The translations under genes and the position numbers were made by a program. The notes under the pieces are model-generated. The model was not told where the DNA came from, did not search any database, and saw nothing but the letters and a program-made list of their open reading frames with translations. A stretch of 64,000 bases of DNA, from the NCBI GenBank assembly GCA_044378815.1, contig JBIPOV010000007.1, positions 31,259 through 95,258 on the forward strand, given 5' to 3'. Source of the stretch: Candidatus Obscuribacteraceae bacterium (GTDB lineage Bacteria; Cyanobacteriota; Vampirovibrionia; Obscuribacterales; Obscuribacteraceae). Shown here piece after piece: positions 1 through 8,547 of the stretch; the stretch's first letter is position 1; every line of letters begins with the position of its first letter.

Positions 1-1052
1 CGGTAGCTAGTTTCGAAACCAGCGGCATGGGCGTAACCGAGCACCCGCTCTAAGTCTTGCTCTACTATTGCACCAGCCATTTGGGTTACTTCGTCTTCCC
101 ATGGCACATCAAAGTCGTCGGCGCCATAGCGCAAGCCCTGCAGAGCTGCTTCGTTTTGGGTTAGTACAGAAGTGCGCAGGTGTTTGATATTGTCGAGATA
201 AATGCGGCACAAAGCTAAATGACGCAAATATTCATCAGAGCCAATTTCTTCGCCGCCGAGCTCATTTTTGTAAGGCTTGTAAGTCCAGCACAAGAAGCTA
301 AATAGGCCATTTTTGCCGCTGTTAAGGCGTTCATCTTGGAAGTTGCGCACAGTCTCAAGATGGCTGAGGCGCTCATCTAAACTTTCATCAAAGCCAATCA
401 CCATTGTGGCGGTGCTACTTAAGCCTGCGTCGAGTATGTCTCGCTGGGTTTCCATGTATTCAGCCACGGTGTACTTAAGCGGGCTGTGGCGTAGGCGGAA
501 GGAATCGGCCAGAATTTCTGCTCCGCCACCGGTGACCCAGCGCACCCCGGCAGCTTTCAGCCTCGCCAGTGCCTCAGGGGTCGATAGCTTGCTCAGCCGC
601 GCTATGTATAAGAGCTCCACTACTGTGAGGGCATAGAACTCAATTGTGTCACCGTATTTCTGGCGAATTTTGCCAAATAGCTCTTCGTAATACTCAATTT
701 TGAGCTGAGGGTTAAAGCCGCCATTGAAGCCAAACAGATCGCCGCCAACTGCGGTCAGCTCATCGATTTTGGAGAAAATCCATTCGTTGTCACGCACATA
801 GCCATCTTTGTCACGCGGCAGGCGGTAGAAGGAGCAATAGTCACACTTTGCCACACAAATATTGGTGTAATTTATGATACGCATCAGCAAATAAGTAGCT
901 TGATTGGGCTTGTGGTAGCGGTCGCGCACAATGCTGGCCAGTTCAATTAGCTCTTCGTTTGAGGCATTTTTCCACAACCATTCGGCCTGTTCGCGGCTGA
1001 CCCTGACCTGGTTTTGGAGCTGATCTTTGATGCTGCTGGTGGTTATATTCAT
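1..1052 (-). CDS. Radical SAM enzyme, MqnC/MqnE/CofH type (futalosine-pathway-like). The 3' end runs off the window.
   Basis: It is absent from the ORF track because it has no in-window stop. My reverse-strand translation from CAT at 1050-1052 gives MNITTSSIKDQ...INYTNICVAKCDYCSFYR (CxxxCxxC cluster)...VRWVTGGGAEIL...YLRHLALCRIYLDNI...GADDFD. The 313..636 + ORF is its antisense shadow. Confidence 0.8.
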   Translation of the reverse strand, partial: MNITTSSIKDQLQNQVRVSREQAEWLWKNASNEELIELASIVRDRYHKPNQATYLLMRIINYTNICVAKCDYCSFYRLPRDKDGYVRDNEWIFSKIDELTAVGGDLFGFNGGFNPQLKIEYYEELFGKIRQKYGDTIEFYALTVVELLYIARLSKLSTPEALARLKAAGVRWVTGGGAEILADSFRLRHSPLKYTVAEYMETQRDILDAGLSSTATMVIGFDESLDERLSHLETVRNFQDERLNSGKNGLFSFLCWTYKPYKNELGGEEIGSDEYLRHLALCRIYLDNIKHLRTSVLTQNEAALQGLRYGADDFDVPWEDEVTQMAGAIVEQDLERVLGYAHAAGFETSY

Positions 1053-1262
1053 GGGCTTTTTTTGTGTGCTCGGGAGCTTTTTTCTCTTTCGCTTGCCCCG
1101 AAAGCTTGATGCTTATTGGCAAAATTGTCGCAGATTACGGCAGATTTAATCGAAAAATTGGGAATAGCTCGTAAAACTGCGTACAAATACGTAAATGCAC
1201 GTATTAACAAGGTCGTAGGTTTGACATAGACTGCAGGTTGAGTCGATACATGGGGGCTGAAC

Positions 1263-3116
1263 ATGGTTGCTGGAGATGGACGCGCTACTGATGTTAAAGT
1301 CGGGAAAACCACCGACACAGGCTCTGTTGCACAGTTAAGTCATGATGTTAGCGTCAGGATGGTAGGAGAAGCCTATCCTCTGCGCACTGCTATGTCATTG
1401 CCAGTATCTTCCCCTGGAGACGTACAGATCACCAGCGCTCCCGCCGCTGCCGCACCAGCCGTAGTTGACGCAGCACCGTTCGACAAATCTAAATCGGTCA
1501 GTCAGTTGATTCAAGACGGTTCGATTCGCCGTTCTGAAGCTCCTAGCCCAACCCCTGAAGTCGCTAAACCAGGTGCGCAGGCCGGTGTCACTGTCACATA
1601 CGCTGATGCTGCTGCTAACGACCCCACTAAGGTGCCCGATTTCATCATTAAGAAGGATGGCACGATCGAGGCCACCGGAGATTTTGAAGCCTTACAGCGC
1701 AAAAACATTGTAGTGCAGGTAGAGCGTACCCCTGGTGATACTTCTGACCCTAACGATGCTCAGAAAAACGCTATCGATAAGGTTGTTAGCTATGCCTATG
1801 ACCGCCTTGGTGCTGATCCAACCGTGGCTCAGAATGGTCTGAAGCTCAACGACGAATTTGGTTTGATTTCAGAAGACTTGGTGAAAAAGCTGGCCACCAA
1901 TGGTGACCCAGGTGTAGAGCCAAGCATCGCTGATTCTCGCAAAGGCTTCTCGCCTGAAAGTCAGCGCGCTATGTCTAACATGAGCCGCATGACCCCAGGT
2001 TCGTCAGGCAGTATGTCACGGGGTGATGTTGAGCGCCAGTTCCCACCACGGGATGTGCCTACGCTGCCTGGTGAAACAGATAGAGTTCAAGATACAAAGA
2101 ACGCTGTGGCCGGGATGTTCAATCCTGATAGATCAGCACCGTATGAAACTGTGCGGGTTCGCAACAATAATTATGAAGTCGGCCGCTATGGCATGAGCTA
2201 TCCCCTCATGCGTGACTACTTCTATGGTTTGGGCGGCTTTGATCTTGATGAGATGGATGAAGATGGCTTCATTGCTATGCTCGGCAAGCTAGACAAAGAC
2301 GGCAAGTTACCTAAGTCGTTCAAGAGATTCAAGAAGAAAGATGGTTCCTTCGATAAAGAAGCTGTCGGCAAATTCCTGAAATTCGCTAAAGGCATGAAGG
2401 AAGGCCGTAAAGAAGGCCAACCAGAGGGCGTTACAGCGGCTGATGTTAAAGACAATCTGCCGAAAGAAATGCAAGAAGAAATGGCCATGAGCCTGGTTGA
2501 GAAGTACAACAAGGCTGGTGGAGACAGTGCTGGTAAGACAGCCTTGGCTTTCCACTTGGGTAAAGGACCAGATCAATTCACCCAATCAGAACTGAGCGAC
2601 AAAGGCAATCAGGAGTACATGCGCTCGGCAGATCGCTTGGCTACGTTGTCGGGCGCTCGTCACGGCATGGGTGAGAACGACCGCCTCGATTACAAAGTAA
2701 GTCTCGATGGCAATTCGATGGACGCTAAGATCGTTAATCGCGCCTTTAGTCATGCTAATCGAGTTGATACAAAGGGGTGGTGTGCTAGAGAGTTTCAAAT
2801 TGCTTGGGCTAATACCGCTCCTGAACTTATGGGCTCAGGTGATGGTGTGCAGATGACTAGAGCCTTCCAGCGTAGTGATAAGTTCCAGCAAGTTGACTGG
2901 CAGACTGCTCAAGCAGCTATGCTCGGTGGTAAGGCGGTTGCTGTAACTAGAACCTGGGACCCTTCAGTGGGTGACACTTCTCGCGGTGGTCACGTAGCTA
3001 CTTTGGCTATGCATAACGGCCGCATTATGGAAGCCAGCGATCACGTCGCTCAATTCAACAAGAACAACAGTCGCTACCAGCCGCATAAAGATAAGTTCTT
3101 CGTCTACACTGGTTAG
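1263..3116 (+). CDS. Hypothetical 617-aa protein with a C-terminal papain-like (CHAP/NlpC-P60-like) Cys-His module; possible cell-wall amidase or toxin.
   Basis: Long ORF. The C-terminus has TKGWCAREFQ...RGGHVATLAMHNG...ASDH, which resembles a CHAP-type Cys...His arrangement. An N-terminal segment (DFIIKKDGTIEATGD...NIVVQVE...NDAQKNAIDKVVSYAYDRLG) weakly resembles the second half of an amidase_2/PGRP fold. No signal peptide is obvious. Confidence 0.55.
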   Translation: MVAGDGRATDVKVGKTTDTGSVAQLSHDVSVRMVGEAYPLRTAMSLPVSSPGDVQITSAPAAAAPAVVDAAPFDKSKSVSQLIQDGSIRRSEAPSPTPEVAKPGAQAGVTVTYADAAANDPTKVPDFIIKKDGTIEATGDFEALQRKNIVVQVERTPGDTSDPNDAQKNAIDKVVSYAYDRLGADPTVAQNGLKLNDEFGLISEDLVKKLATNGDPGVEPSIADSRKGFSPESQRAMSNMSRMTPGSSGSMSRGDVERQFPPRDVPTLPGETDRVQDTKNAVAGMFNPDRSAPYETVRVRNNNYEVGRYGMSYPLMRDYFYGLGGFDLDEMDEDGFIAMLGKLDKDGKLPKSFKRFKKKDGSFDKEAVGKFLKFAKGMKEGRKEGQPEGVTAADVKDNLPKEMQEEMAMSLVEKYNKAGGDSAGKTALAFHLGKGPDQFTQSELSDKGNQEYMRSADRLATLSGARHGMGENDRLDYKVSLDGNSMDAKIVNRAFSHANRVDTKGWCAREFQIAWANTAPELMGSGDGVQMTRAFQRSDKFQQVDWQTAQAAMLGGKAVAVTRTWDPSVGDTSRGGHVATLAMHNGRIMEASDHVAQFNKNNSRYQPHKDKFFVYTG

Positions 3117-3185
3117 ATTCTGGAGCAACGAAAGCATTTTGCAGAGCTTGAATAAGCCTTAGGTTGGTTTGTCTGCAGCTTTTGC

Positions 3186-4487
3186 TTAAGTCAGATCTCT
3201 TATTTCGAGGTTGTTGACGTCGCCTTTAAACATGCACATCTTGCTTATTTGTTGAGCAGGAAGGCTATCAATTTGTTTTTTGACGTCTTTCTTTTTCGCT
3301 TGGGTAATCACTGAGTATTTTTCGCGCAAGATCGTGGCAGCCTCGGCTACCATGGCTAAATCGTCTCTGCCGCTATCGAAGATTAGAGCAATTCTCTCCA
3401 CCGTAGATGGTGGCACAAATTGTTTGTCGCTGAGAATGCCAATGATGCGTTCGAAACCAATAGAAAATCCGCAAGCCGGAACATCACGACCAGACATTTT
3501 GCCTACCATCTTGTCGTAACGCCCACCGCCAGCGATGGAATAGTTGTAGCCAGGATATCTGATTTCAAAAATCGGACCGGTGTAATAACCCATGCCGCGC
3601 ACCAGAGATGGTTCAAATTGCACTTTGAATTTATCGTTGGCTGTTTTTGAAACCACCGAAACTATGTTCTTGAGGAGCTTTACTACTTCTTCGTCGGCGC
3701 TGATTTTTTCTGCTAAGAAGTTGAGCTGGTCCTCTTCTTTGGCTAGCTCCCCTAAGAGTTGGTTTAAGGCAGTGATAGCGCTTTCTGGATGCCCGTCTTT
3801 AGTTAGCTCTTTGGCGACGCCATCTAGGCCAACTTTGTCTAACTTATCGAGGGCAATGAAGACGCTGTCAAAACGATCCTCAGCAAAACCGCAGTGCTTG
3901 GCAATGCCTGACAGCATGCGGCGATCGTTAATCATAATAGAGAAGCCATCAAAGCCAAGCTTGACCAGAGCTTCAGAGGTTGCTTGCAGTAGTTCGATTT
4001 CAGCGATTTCGTTTTTGACACCAAAGATATCAATATCGCATTGCGTGAACTGCCTGAAGCGTCCTTGCTGAGCGCTCTCTGCCCGCCAGACAGAGCCGAT
4101 TTGAATCGACTTGAAAGGATTAGGCAGGTTGTTCTGATTGTGCGAATAGAAACGCACCAGAGGCACTGTCAGGTCGAAGCGTAAGCCCATGTCGGTAAGT
4201 TGGCCCCGATCAGCTTTGCTGTTGTCGGAATGGGCTTGGCTCAGTACTTTATCGAGCTTCTCGCCGCGTTTTAGTACTTCAAAAATTAGCTGTAGATTCT
4301 CTCCGCCTTCGCCTCGCTTCAGCAGTTGGATGTTTTCTAAGCAAGGTGTTTCAATTTTAGTAAAGCCAAAGCGCTCATAGGTAGCGGTAATTATTTGTGT
4401 GGCCCAGTCGCGTAGACGTACTTCGGCCGGGGCGAAGTCACGCATGCCGCTGAGTGGGGCTGAGCTAATTTGAGTGTCGGTGGCCAT
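3186..4487 (-). CDS. hisS: Histidyl-tRNA synthetase (class II).
   Basis: The 433-aa ORF has MRDFAPAEVRLRDW, FGFTKIETPCLE, RFDLTVPLVRFY, WRAESAQQGRFRQFTQCDIDIFG and GFSIGFERI, plus a C-terminal anticodon-binding-like region. Confidence 0.9.
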   Translation of the reverse strand: MATDTQISSAPLSGMRDFAPAEVRLRDWATQIITATYERFGFTKIETPCLENIQLLKRGEGGENLQLIFEVLKRGEKLDKVLSQAHSDNSKADRGQLTDMGLRFDLTVPLVRFYSHNQNNLPNPFKSIQIGSVWRAESAQQGRFRQFTQCDIDIFGVKNEIAEIELLQATSEALVKLGFDGFSIMINDRRMLSGIAKHCGFAEDRFDSVFIALDKLDKVGLDGVAKELTKDGHPESAITALNQLLGELAKEEDQLNFLAEKISADEEVVKLLKNIVSVVSKTANDKFKVQFEPSLVRGMGYYTGPIFEIRYPGYNYSIAGGGRYDKMVGKMSGRDVPACGFSIGFERIIGILSDKQFVPPSTVERIALIFDSGRDDLAMVAEAATILREKYSVITQAKKKDVKKQIDSLPAQQISKMCMFKGDVNNLEIRDLT

Positions 4488-4687
4488 GTGGTTCCTTCTT
4501 AGAGCGAGGGCTTAGGGCTAGGGCTTGAGTCTTGAGCTTAGGGCCGTGTAATGCAATAGAGAGGCGAGCTCTATTGGAGCTGCTCCCTGTGAACGCATAC
4601 AAGAATACTGCAAATTTTGACTTTATTTATACTATTCAGCTTAGTAGGGTGATGTTTTTAAAAATCGCCCAAAGAGAAAACGAGAAG

Positions 4688-4721
4688 ACCTAGGGTGCCA
4701 CAATGAAGTAGCACCCTAGGT
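4688..4721 (-). terminator. Hairpin (11-bp perfect stem, 12-nt loop) followed by a T-rich tract on the minus strand.
   Basis: acctagggtgc / cacaatgaagta / gcaccctaggt. On the minus strand it is followed by cttctcgttttctctttgggcgattttt. It lies downstream of the 6053->4790 minus-strand gene set. Confidence 0.5.
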
Positions 4722-4789
4722 ATCTATTGTCCTCGTTAGAGAGCAGTCAATCTTGATTTAGGCGATTGGCTGGCTCTGTTTGATGGTGG

Positions 4790-4972
4790 TTACCAGAGAG
4801 CCCTTTCGGCCTCGACGCGATGAGCGAAAGTCTTCCGGGCGCGCGGCGCTGGCGAAGATTTGGCGCTCTCGACGAAGAGAGGAGAGGTGCTCGCTTGGCT
4901 GTTTGCGGGAGAAGAGCTCTTCTGCTCTTCGGTTTCCTGTGAGGAATTGATTTCGTTGGTGTTGCTGGTCAT
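4790..4972 (-). CDS. Possible small Ser/Pro-rich hypothetical protein (60 aa).
   Basis: An internal ATG (CAT 4970-4972) of the 104-aa track ORF gives MTSNTNEINSSQETEEQ.... It sits between the 211-aa gene and the 4688-4721 terminator. The RBS is weak and there are no recognisable motifs. Confidence 0.25.
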   Translation of the reverse strand: MTSNTNEINSSQETEEQKSSSPANSQASTSPLFVESAKSSPAPRARKTFAHRVEAERALW

Positions 4973-5198
4973 AAGTTGTAAGACCCCTTGATGGTGGTTA
5001 ATTAGTCTGTTTATCCTTGATGGTTGGCGCTCCATCCGAATGAAAAAAGAAGCGCAGTCGAAGCCCGCCCGTTGAAGGAAAAGCCTTGGCTGCGCCTCTT
5101 TCAAAGTTTGTCTCTAGGCCAGTTTTTCTTGCTTTTAAACTAGAGTGCCGATTTTTTGCAGCAAGAGTTCAGTTCAGCTCAGGGCTGAGGATGAACTG

Positions 5199-5834
5199 CT
5201 AGATGCTGCAAGAGCCGCTGTCGCCGTGGCAGAGGGTCATGCGCGCTTGGCGCAGCTGACCTTCGGCCTGAGCGATTGCAGACTCGGAGAACTTGATCAG
5301 CTCGTCGACGCGAGTGATCTTGCTGTTCAGGTCGATAGGCAGCTCGACAACGACGCGAGGTGCTTCGCAGCTCGTCGGTGCGGGCTGTTGCGGTTTGCCG
5401 GCCTGTAGCTGCTCGAACCACTTGTTCGGGTCAGGTGCCGCGCAGGTTGTGCAGCCAGGTTTGGCGGAGAAGTCGATCAGGGGTGCGTCTTGGTTGACTT
5501 CGGGGATGGGGCCAGAGTGAGCCTTGAGTGGGCTCAGTGCGGCGACATCTTCGAAGGAAACAACGGTGACTTCAAGCTTGATCGATTCACAGCGCAGTGC
5601 TTCGAGTGCCGATTGGTTGACCACTGTGTCTGCCGCTTGCGACAGATTGGTGGCGGTGACGGAGTTGGCGCGAGCACGGCTGACGAGAGCGGTAGCTGCT
5701 TCGTTGTTGGCCGTGCCCACTTGCTTTTCCAGCCCGCTGAGCAGAGATTGCAAGTTGACCAACCGCTTTTTCAAGCGCGTCAGTTGTACGGGAGCAGCGT
5801 TTGTCCCTGGGTAGGATTGTTCGCCGGGATACAT
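5199..5834 (-). CDS. Hypothetical 211-aa protein with coiled-coil-like ends and a Cys-containing C-terminus.
   Basis: GC-rich ORF. An RBS (gaggaagaataaacc) precedes the ATG, and that stretch also contains the TAA stop of the upstream 71-aa gene. The product ends ...MTLCHGDSGSCSI. I recognise no family. Confidence 0.5.
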   Translation of the reverse strand: MYPGEQSYPGTNAAPVQLTRLKKRLVNLQSLLSGLEKQVGTANNEAATALVSRARANSVTATNLSQAADTVVNQSALEALRCESIKLEVTVVSFEDVAALSPLKAHSGPIPEVNQDAPLIDFSAKPGCTTCAAPDPNKWFEQLQAGKPQQPAPTSCEAPRVVVELPIDLNSKITRVDELIKFSESAIAQAEGQLRQARMTLCHGDSGSCSI

Positions 5835-5837
5835 GGT

Positions 5838-6053
5838 TTATTCTTCCTCAGGTTTGTCGTCAGCTCTCAGGCAATAGCCCAGAGGGTTGAGACCTTTTTG
5901 CGAGTTGCAGGAGGTACATTGGCCGTTGAACATGATCTGCTTGTACTTCTTGCAGCATGGACAAGTACCAGTGTCGGGGCCGATCAGGCTATGCCCGCAT
6001 AGGGTTGTCGGCGGCTTGGTGTAGTCCAAGTCGATCAGTGCGTGATTTGTCAT
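5838..6053 (-). CDS. Small Cys-rich (zinc-ribbon-like) protein, 71 aa.
   Basis: Seven Cys residues, including CPCC...CTSC spacing. It is tightly coupled to the downstream 211-aa gene (3-nt gap) and has the same GC-rich composition. Confidence 0.45.
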   Translation of the reverse strand: MTNHALIDLDYTKPPTTLCGHSLIGPDTGTCPCCKKYKQIMFNGQCTSCNSQKGLNPLGYCLRADDKPEEE

Positions 6054-6687
6054 TCGTGAGTATTTACCTTTGCTGGTTATTGGTCAGTGCGGAGATGATT
6101 GCTGCACGCTAGCGCGAAGATAGATGCGCTTGTGGTCAATCATCACCGCCAATGATGGGATGAAAATATCGGTTAAATGTTCGTGGGGGGGGAGTTGGAA
6201 AGTTTGGTTGGAGGTCCGGAGGAAGAGAAGGAAAAATAGCTTCATCAGCCTATGAAACTTCCAGCCCGTGTTTCAAATCCAAGCCCTGGTGCCCGTTACG
6301 TAATGTTTGCATATAATTCGTGGGGTGAAAGTATATTTTAATTTTGTCGGACACTTTCGTCTGATTGCGCTAACTCTCGCTGCCATTGGGTTTTCGGCTC
6401 TATGACTGCCGTCGCGATTGCGGCAAATATTTCTTTTTCGCTGATAGAGAACTGATTAAGACAAGCTTAAATCAACGGTCTTGTCTCTTGACGCTAGCGA
6501 GCGCGCGCGAGCTAGCGTATAACTCAGTTTCCTCTTTGCAATTTCGAAAGCTATACAGTATGCGGCTTTTGGGAGTTGGTGCTTTTATGAGTTGTAGCCA
6601 ATTTATAGTTCCTTTAGGAACGGCCAGGTTTCAAGGTTTCCAGGGTTTGGTAACTGGATGCCTGGGCCTTATGAAAACTGGCTGACG

Positions 6688-7191
6688 TCAAACATTTTCG
6701 GAAAGTTGAGTCTTAATCAGCTTTGACAGTGCTTCCTTAGTGGTTTTTAGCTCAGGTTCGCTAAGGGGTTGAAGCAATTTCTTCTGCACCTTTTCAGTGA
6801 TGCGCTTGGCGTGAGTGAGAGTTTTGCGACCCTTGGGTGTAATCAATAGCTGATATTTGCGCCGGTCGTTTTCGTCTTTGTGGCGCAGCAGCAGTTCGCG
6901 CTCTTCTAGTCTGTCCACGATGTCTACCATTGAGGTGCGGTCAATACCGTTGCGTATTGCCAGCTCCTGTTGGGTTTCGCTGGCTTGATTCTCAATCATA
7001 CGCAGAATTACATACTCTTGAAATGATAGTGACAGCGGCTTTAGGCCGTCGGCAACAGCATCACGCATTAATCGGGCGGCTTTGTTCAGGAGAAAGCCGA
7101 GATTGTCTTTCAAATTATCTGGAATTGGAGCTTCGTTGTCTGTGGGCATAGGGTTCTCCAGATTCAGCGCTACAATTGGTTGGTTGGTCAA
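6688..7191 (-). CDS. MarR-family transcriptional regulator.
   Basis: The 167-aa ORF has LGFLLNKAARLMRDAVADGLKPLSLSFQEYVILRMI...QQELAIRNGIDRTSMVDIVDRLEERELLLRH...DRRKYQLLITPKGR, a winged-HTH MarR pattern. Confidence 0.85.
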   Translation of the reverse strand: MTNQPIVALNLENPMPTDNEAPIPDNLKDNLGFLLNKAARLMRDAVADGLKPLSLSFQEYVILRMIENQASETQQELAIRNGIDRTSMVDIVDRLEERELLLRHKDENDRRKYQLLITPKGRKTLTHAKRITEKVQKKLLQPLSEPELKTTKEALSKLIKTQLSENV

Positions 7192-7239
7192 CTGATCAGT
7201 AATTCAAACTAATGCCTACCTAATATATAAGTAGATGCG

Positions 7240-7255
7240 CAATTGTCATCAATTG
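7240..7255. promoter_or_regulatory. Candidate operator: two CAATTG palindromes 4 bp apart in the marR / 7348 divergent intergenic region.
   Basis: The sequence caattgtcatcaattg lies between the divergent MarR gene and the signal-peptide/LTXXQ locus. The assignment rests on position and symmetry only. Confidence 0.25.
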
Positions 7256-7347
7256 TGAGATTGGTTTTATCTAAATATGGAATCATTACCTGGGCACCTG
7301 CGTCTATAGATGCATGAAGGAAACAAGTGCTTTGAAGGAGCCAAGTG

Positions 7348-7488
7348 ATGAACAAATTTACCCCCCTCGCATTATCAGGTTTGCTTTTTTGTGCTCTCCC
7401 AGCCATTGCAGATGATTCCGCTTCTACTGGCAGTGCACGCGCTCAAACAGCTGTTCAAGTGTCAGCTAATGTCGAAAGCTACTATTGA
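7348..7488 (+). other. Signal-peptide-only ORF (46 aa); probably the detached 5' part of the downstream LTXXQ gene.
   Basis: An RBS (gaaggag) lies about 10 nt upstream of the ATG at 7348. The translation is MNKFTPLALSGLLFCALPAIADDSAS...VESYY* and the TGA is at 7486-7488. It overlaps the next ORF in a different frame. Confidence 0.35.
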
Positions 7489-7741
7489 TAAATCGGCTGT
7501 GCTGGCACTGCAAAGCAAGATCAATTCACTGAGAGATGATTTGTCCAATGCCCGTATTGATATGGCTTTGACTGCATCAGCTGTGTTCACTCCCGAGCAG
7601 CGCGAAATGTTTGCAAAATTTGGTCATGGTCGCGGTCATGGTGGGCCTGGTATGCACAAGTGGGGCGGACACAGACCGGGTGGTCCGATGGGTGGACCTG
7701 GTGGCGGATGGGAGCATAAGGGTGCGAGCGCAAACGGTTAG
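7469..7741 (+). CDS. LTXXQ-motif periplasmic chaperone-like protein (Spy/CpxP/ZraP-like) with a Gly/His-rich tail. The start is uncertain.
   Basis: It reads ...ALTASAVFTPEQREMFAKFGHGRGHGGPGMHKWGGHRPGGPMGGPGGGWEHKG. The frame is open from 7391, and the first ATG (7469) gives a product with no signal peptide. Confidence 0.5.
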   Translation: MSKATIDKSAVLALQSKINSLRDDLSNARIDMALTASAVFTPEQREMFAKFGHGRGHGGPGMHKWGGHRPGGPMGGPGGGWEHKGASANG

Positions 7742-7803
7742 TTTTTAAAAGGTCGTAGGTTTTTCAAAAGCAGAGGGGCTCACCCTCTGCACAGGAGAGA
7801 GTC

Positions 7804-8427
7804 ATGAAGATCAAGGTAGCTAGTTTGTTTGGAGTTTCCCTGGCACTAGCAGTGATCGCGTTTGCTGCGCCCGCACAAGCCCGAGATAACAATGGTTATG
7901 GCAATTACTTGAGTAGTGGAGTTAGCAGTAACTTCGGTGGCAGAGGCGGCAGTTGTGATCGCGATAAAGATGGTGATGGTGGTCATCATCGTCATGGTCA
8001 AAGAGCCTTTGGTGGCCAGTTCCAGAATCAATACGGTAATCAGAATCAGTTTGGCAACCAGAATCAGCTAGGAATTTATCCCAATACTCCCTTTGGTGCT
8101 AATACCGCCTATGGTTACAATCAAAATGTTGGTTATAACGGTTTTGGTGGTAATCAATCGCTCTTGAACCAAGTAACCCAGATTCAGCAACAACTCTCTG
8201 CCGGCAACTTGTCTTCTCGTGATCGCAATAAGTTGGTGAATAGGCTAAATAAATTGCAAGCTCGTTTAGGCAATCAAAATTATGGTTCTAATGTATACAA
8301 CAACGGCATTCTCAGCAACTTACGCAATCAGTATTTGAATAATGGCACTCTCAATAATGGTTTAGGCGTAAATGGTCTGGCTAATGCCGGGTATGTCAAT
8401 CAAGTGCGCGGTATGCTTGGATTCTAG
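7804..8427 (+). CDS. Secreted Gly/Asn/Gln-rich low-complexity protein.
   Basis: An RBS (ggagagagtc) precedes the ATG. The signal peptide is MKIKVASLFGVSLALAVIAFAAPAQA, followed by NQYGNQNQFGNQNQLG-type repeats. Confidence 0.7.
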   Translation: MKIKVASLFGVSLALAVIAFAAPAQARDNNGYGNYLSSGVSSNFGGRGGSCDRDKDGDGGHHRHGQRAFGGQFQNQYGNQNQFGNQNQLGIYPNTPFGANTAYGYNQNVGYNGFGGNQSLLNQVTQIQQQLSAGNLSSRDRNKLVNRLNKLQARLGNQNYGSNVYNNGILSNLRNQYLNNGTLNNGLGVNGLANAGYVNQVRGMLGF

Positions 8428-8547
8428 GAACTACAACGAGCTCTAACGTGGTTGGTCTATGTCGACGGAAGCAATTCCGTCGACTTTGTTTTTGGAGAAT
8501 TCGTTTTGATAGGCTAAACTGGGTGGCTGAGTTTCGAGGCCATTGCT

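Noticed and set aside
313-636. A 107-aa plus-strand ORF at the start of the window.
   Set aside because: It is antisense to the well-supported radical SAM gene (1-1052, minus strand). Its translation has no motifs and a Ser/Arg-rich composition.
4507-4548. A telomere-like run in the hisS leader (gggcttagggctagggcttgagtcttgagcttagggcc; CCCTAA/CCCTAG units on the minus strand).
   Set aside because: There are only three or four imperfect units and no regular array. It is most simply a low-complexity 5'-UTR or promoter sequence. I could not fold a T-box or other known leader from it.
5199-5230. A CHGDSGSC motif at the C-terminus of the 211-aa protein, which resembles the serine-protease GDSGG active-site motif.
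   Set aside because: There is no upstream His/Asp catalytic context and no trypsin-fold length. The resemblance is coincidental.
6386-6685. A 99-aa plus-strand ORF in the 630-bp gap between the Cys-rich cassette and marR.
   Set aside because: It has no RBS, an odd composition and a non-ATG start. The region more likely holds promoters and the near-palindrome acgctagcgagcgcgcgcgagctagcgt (6491-6518).
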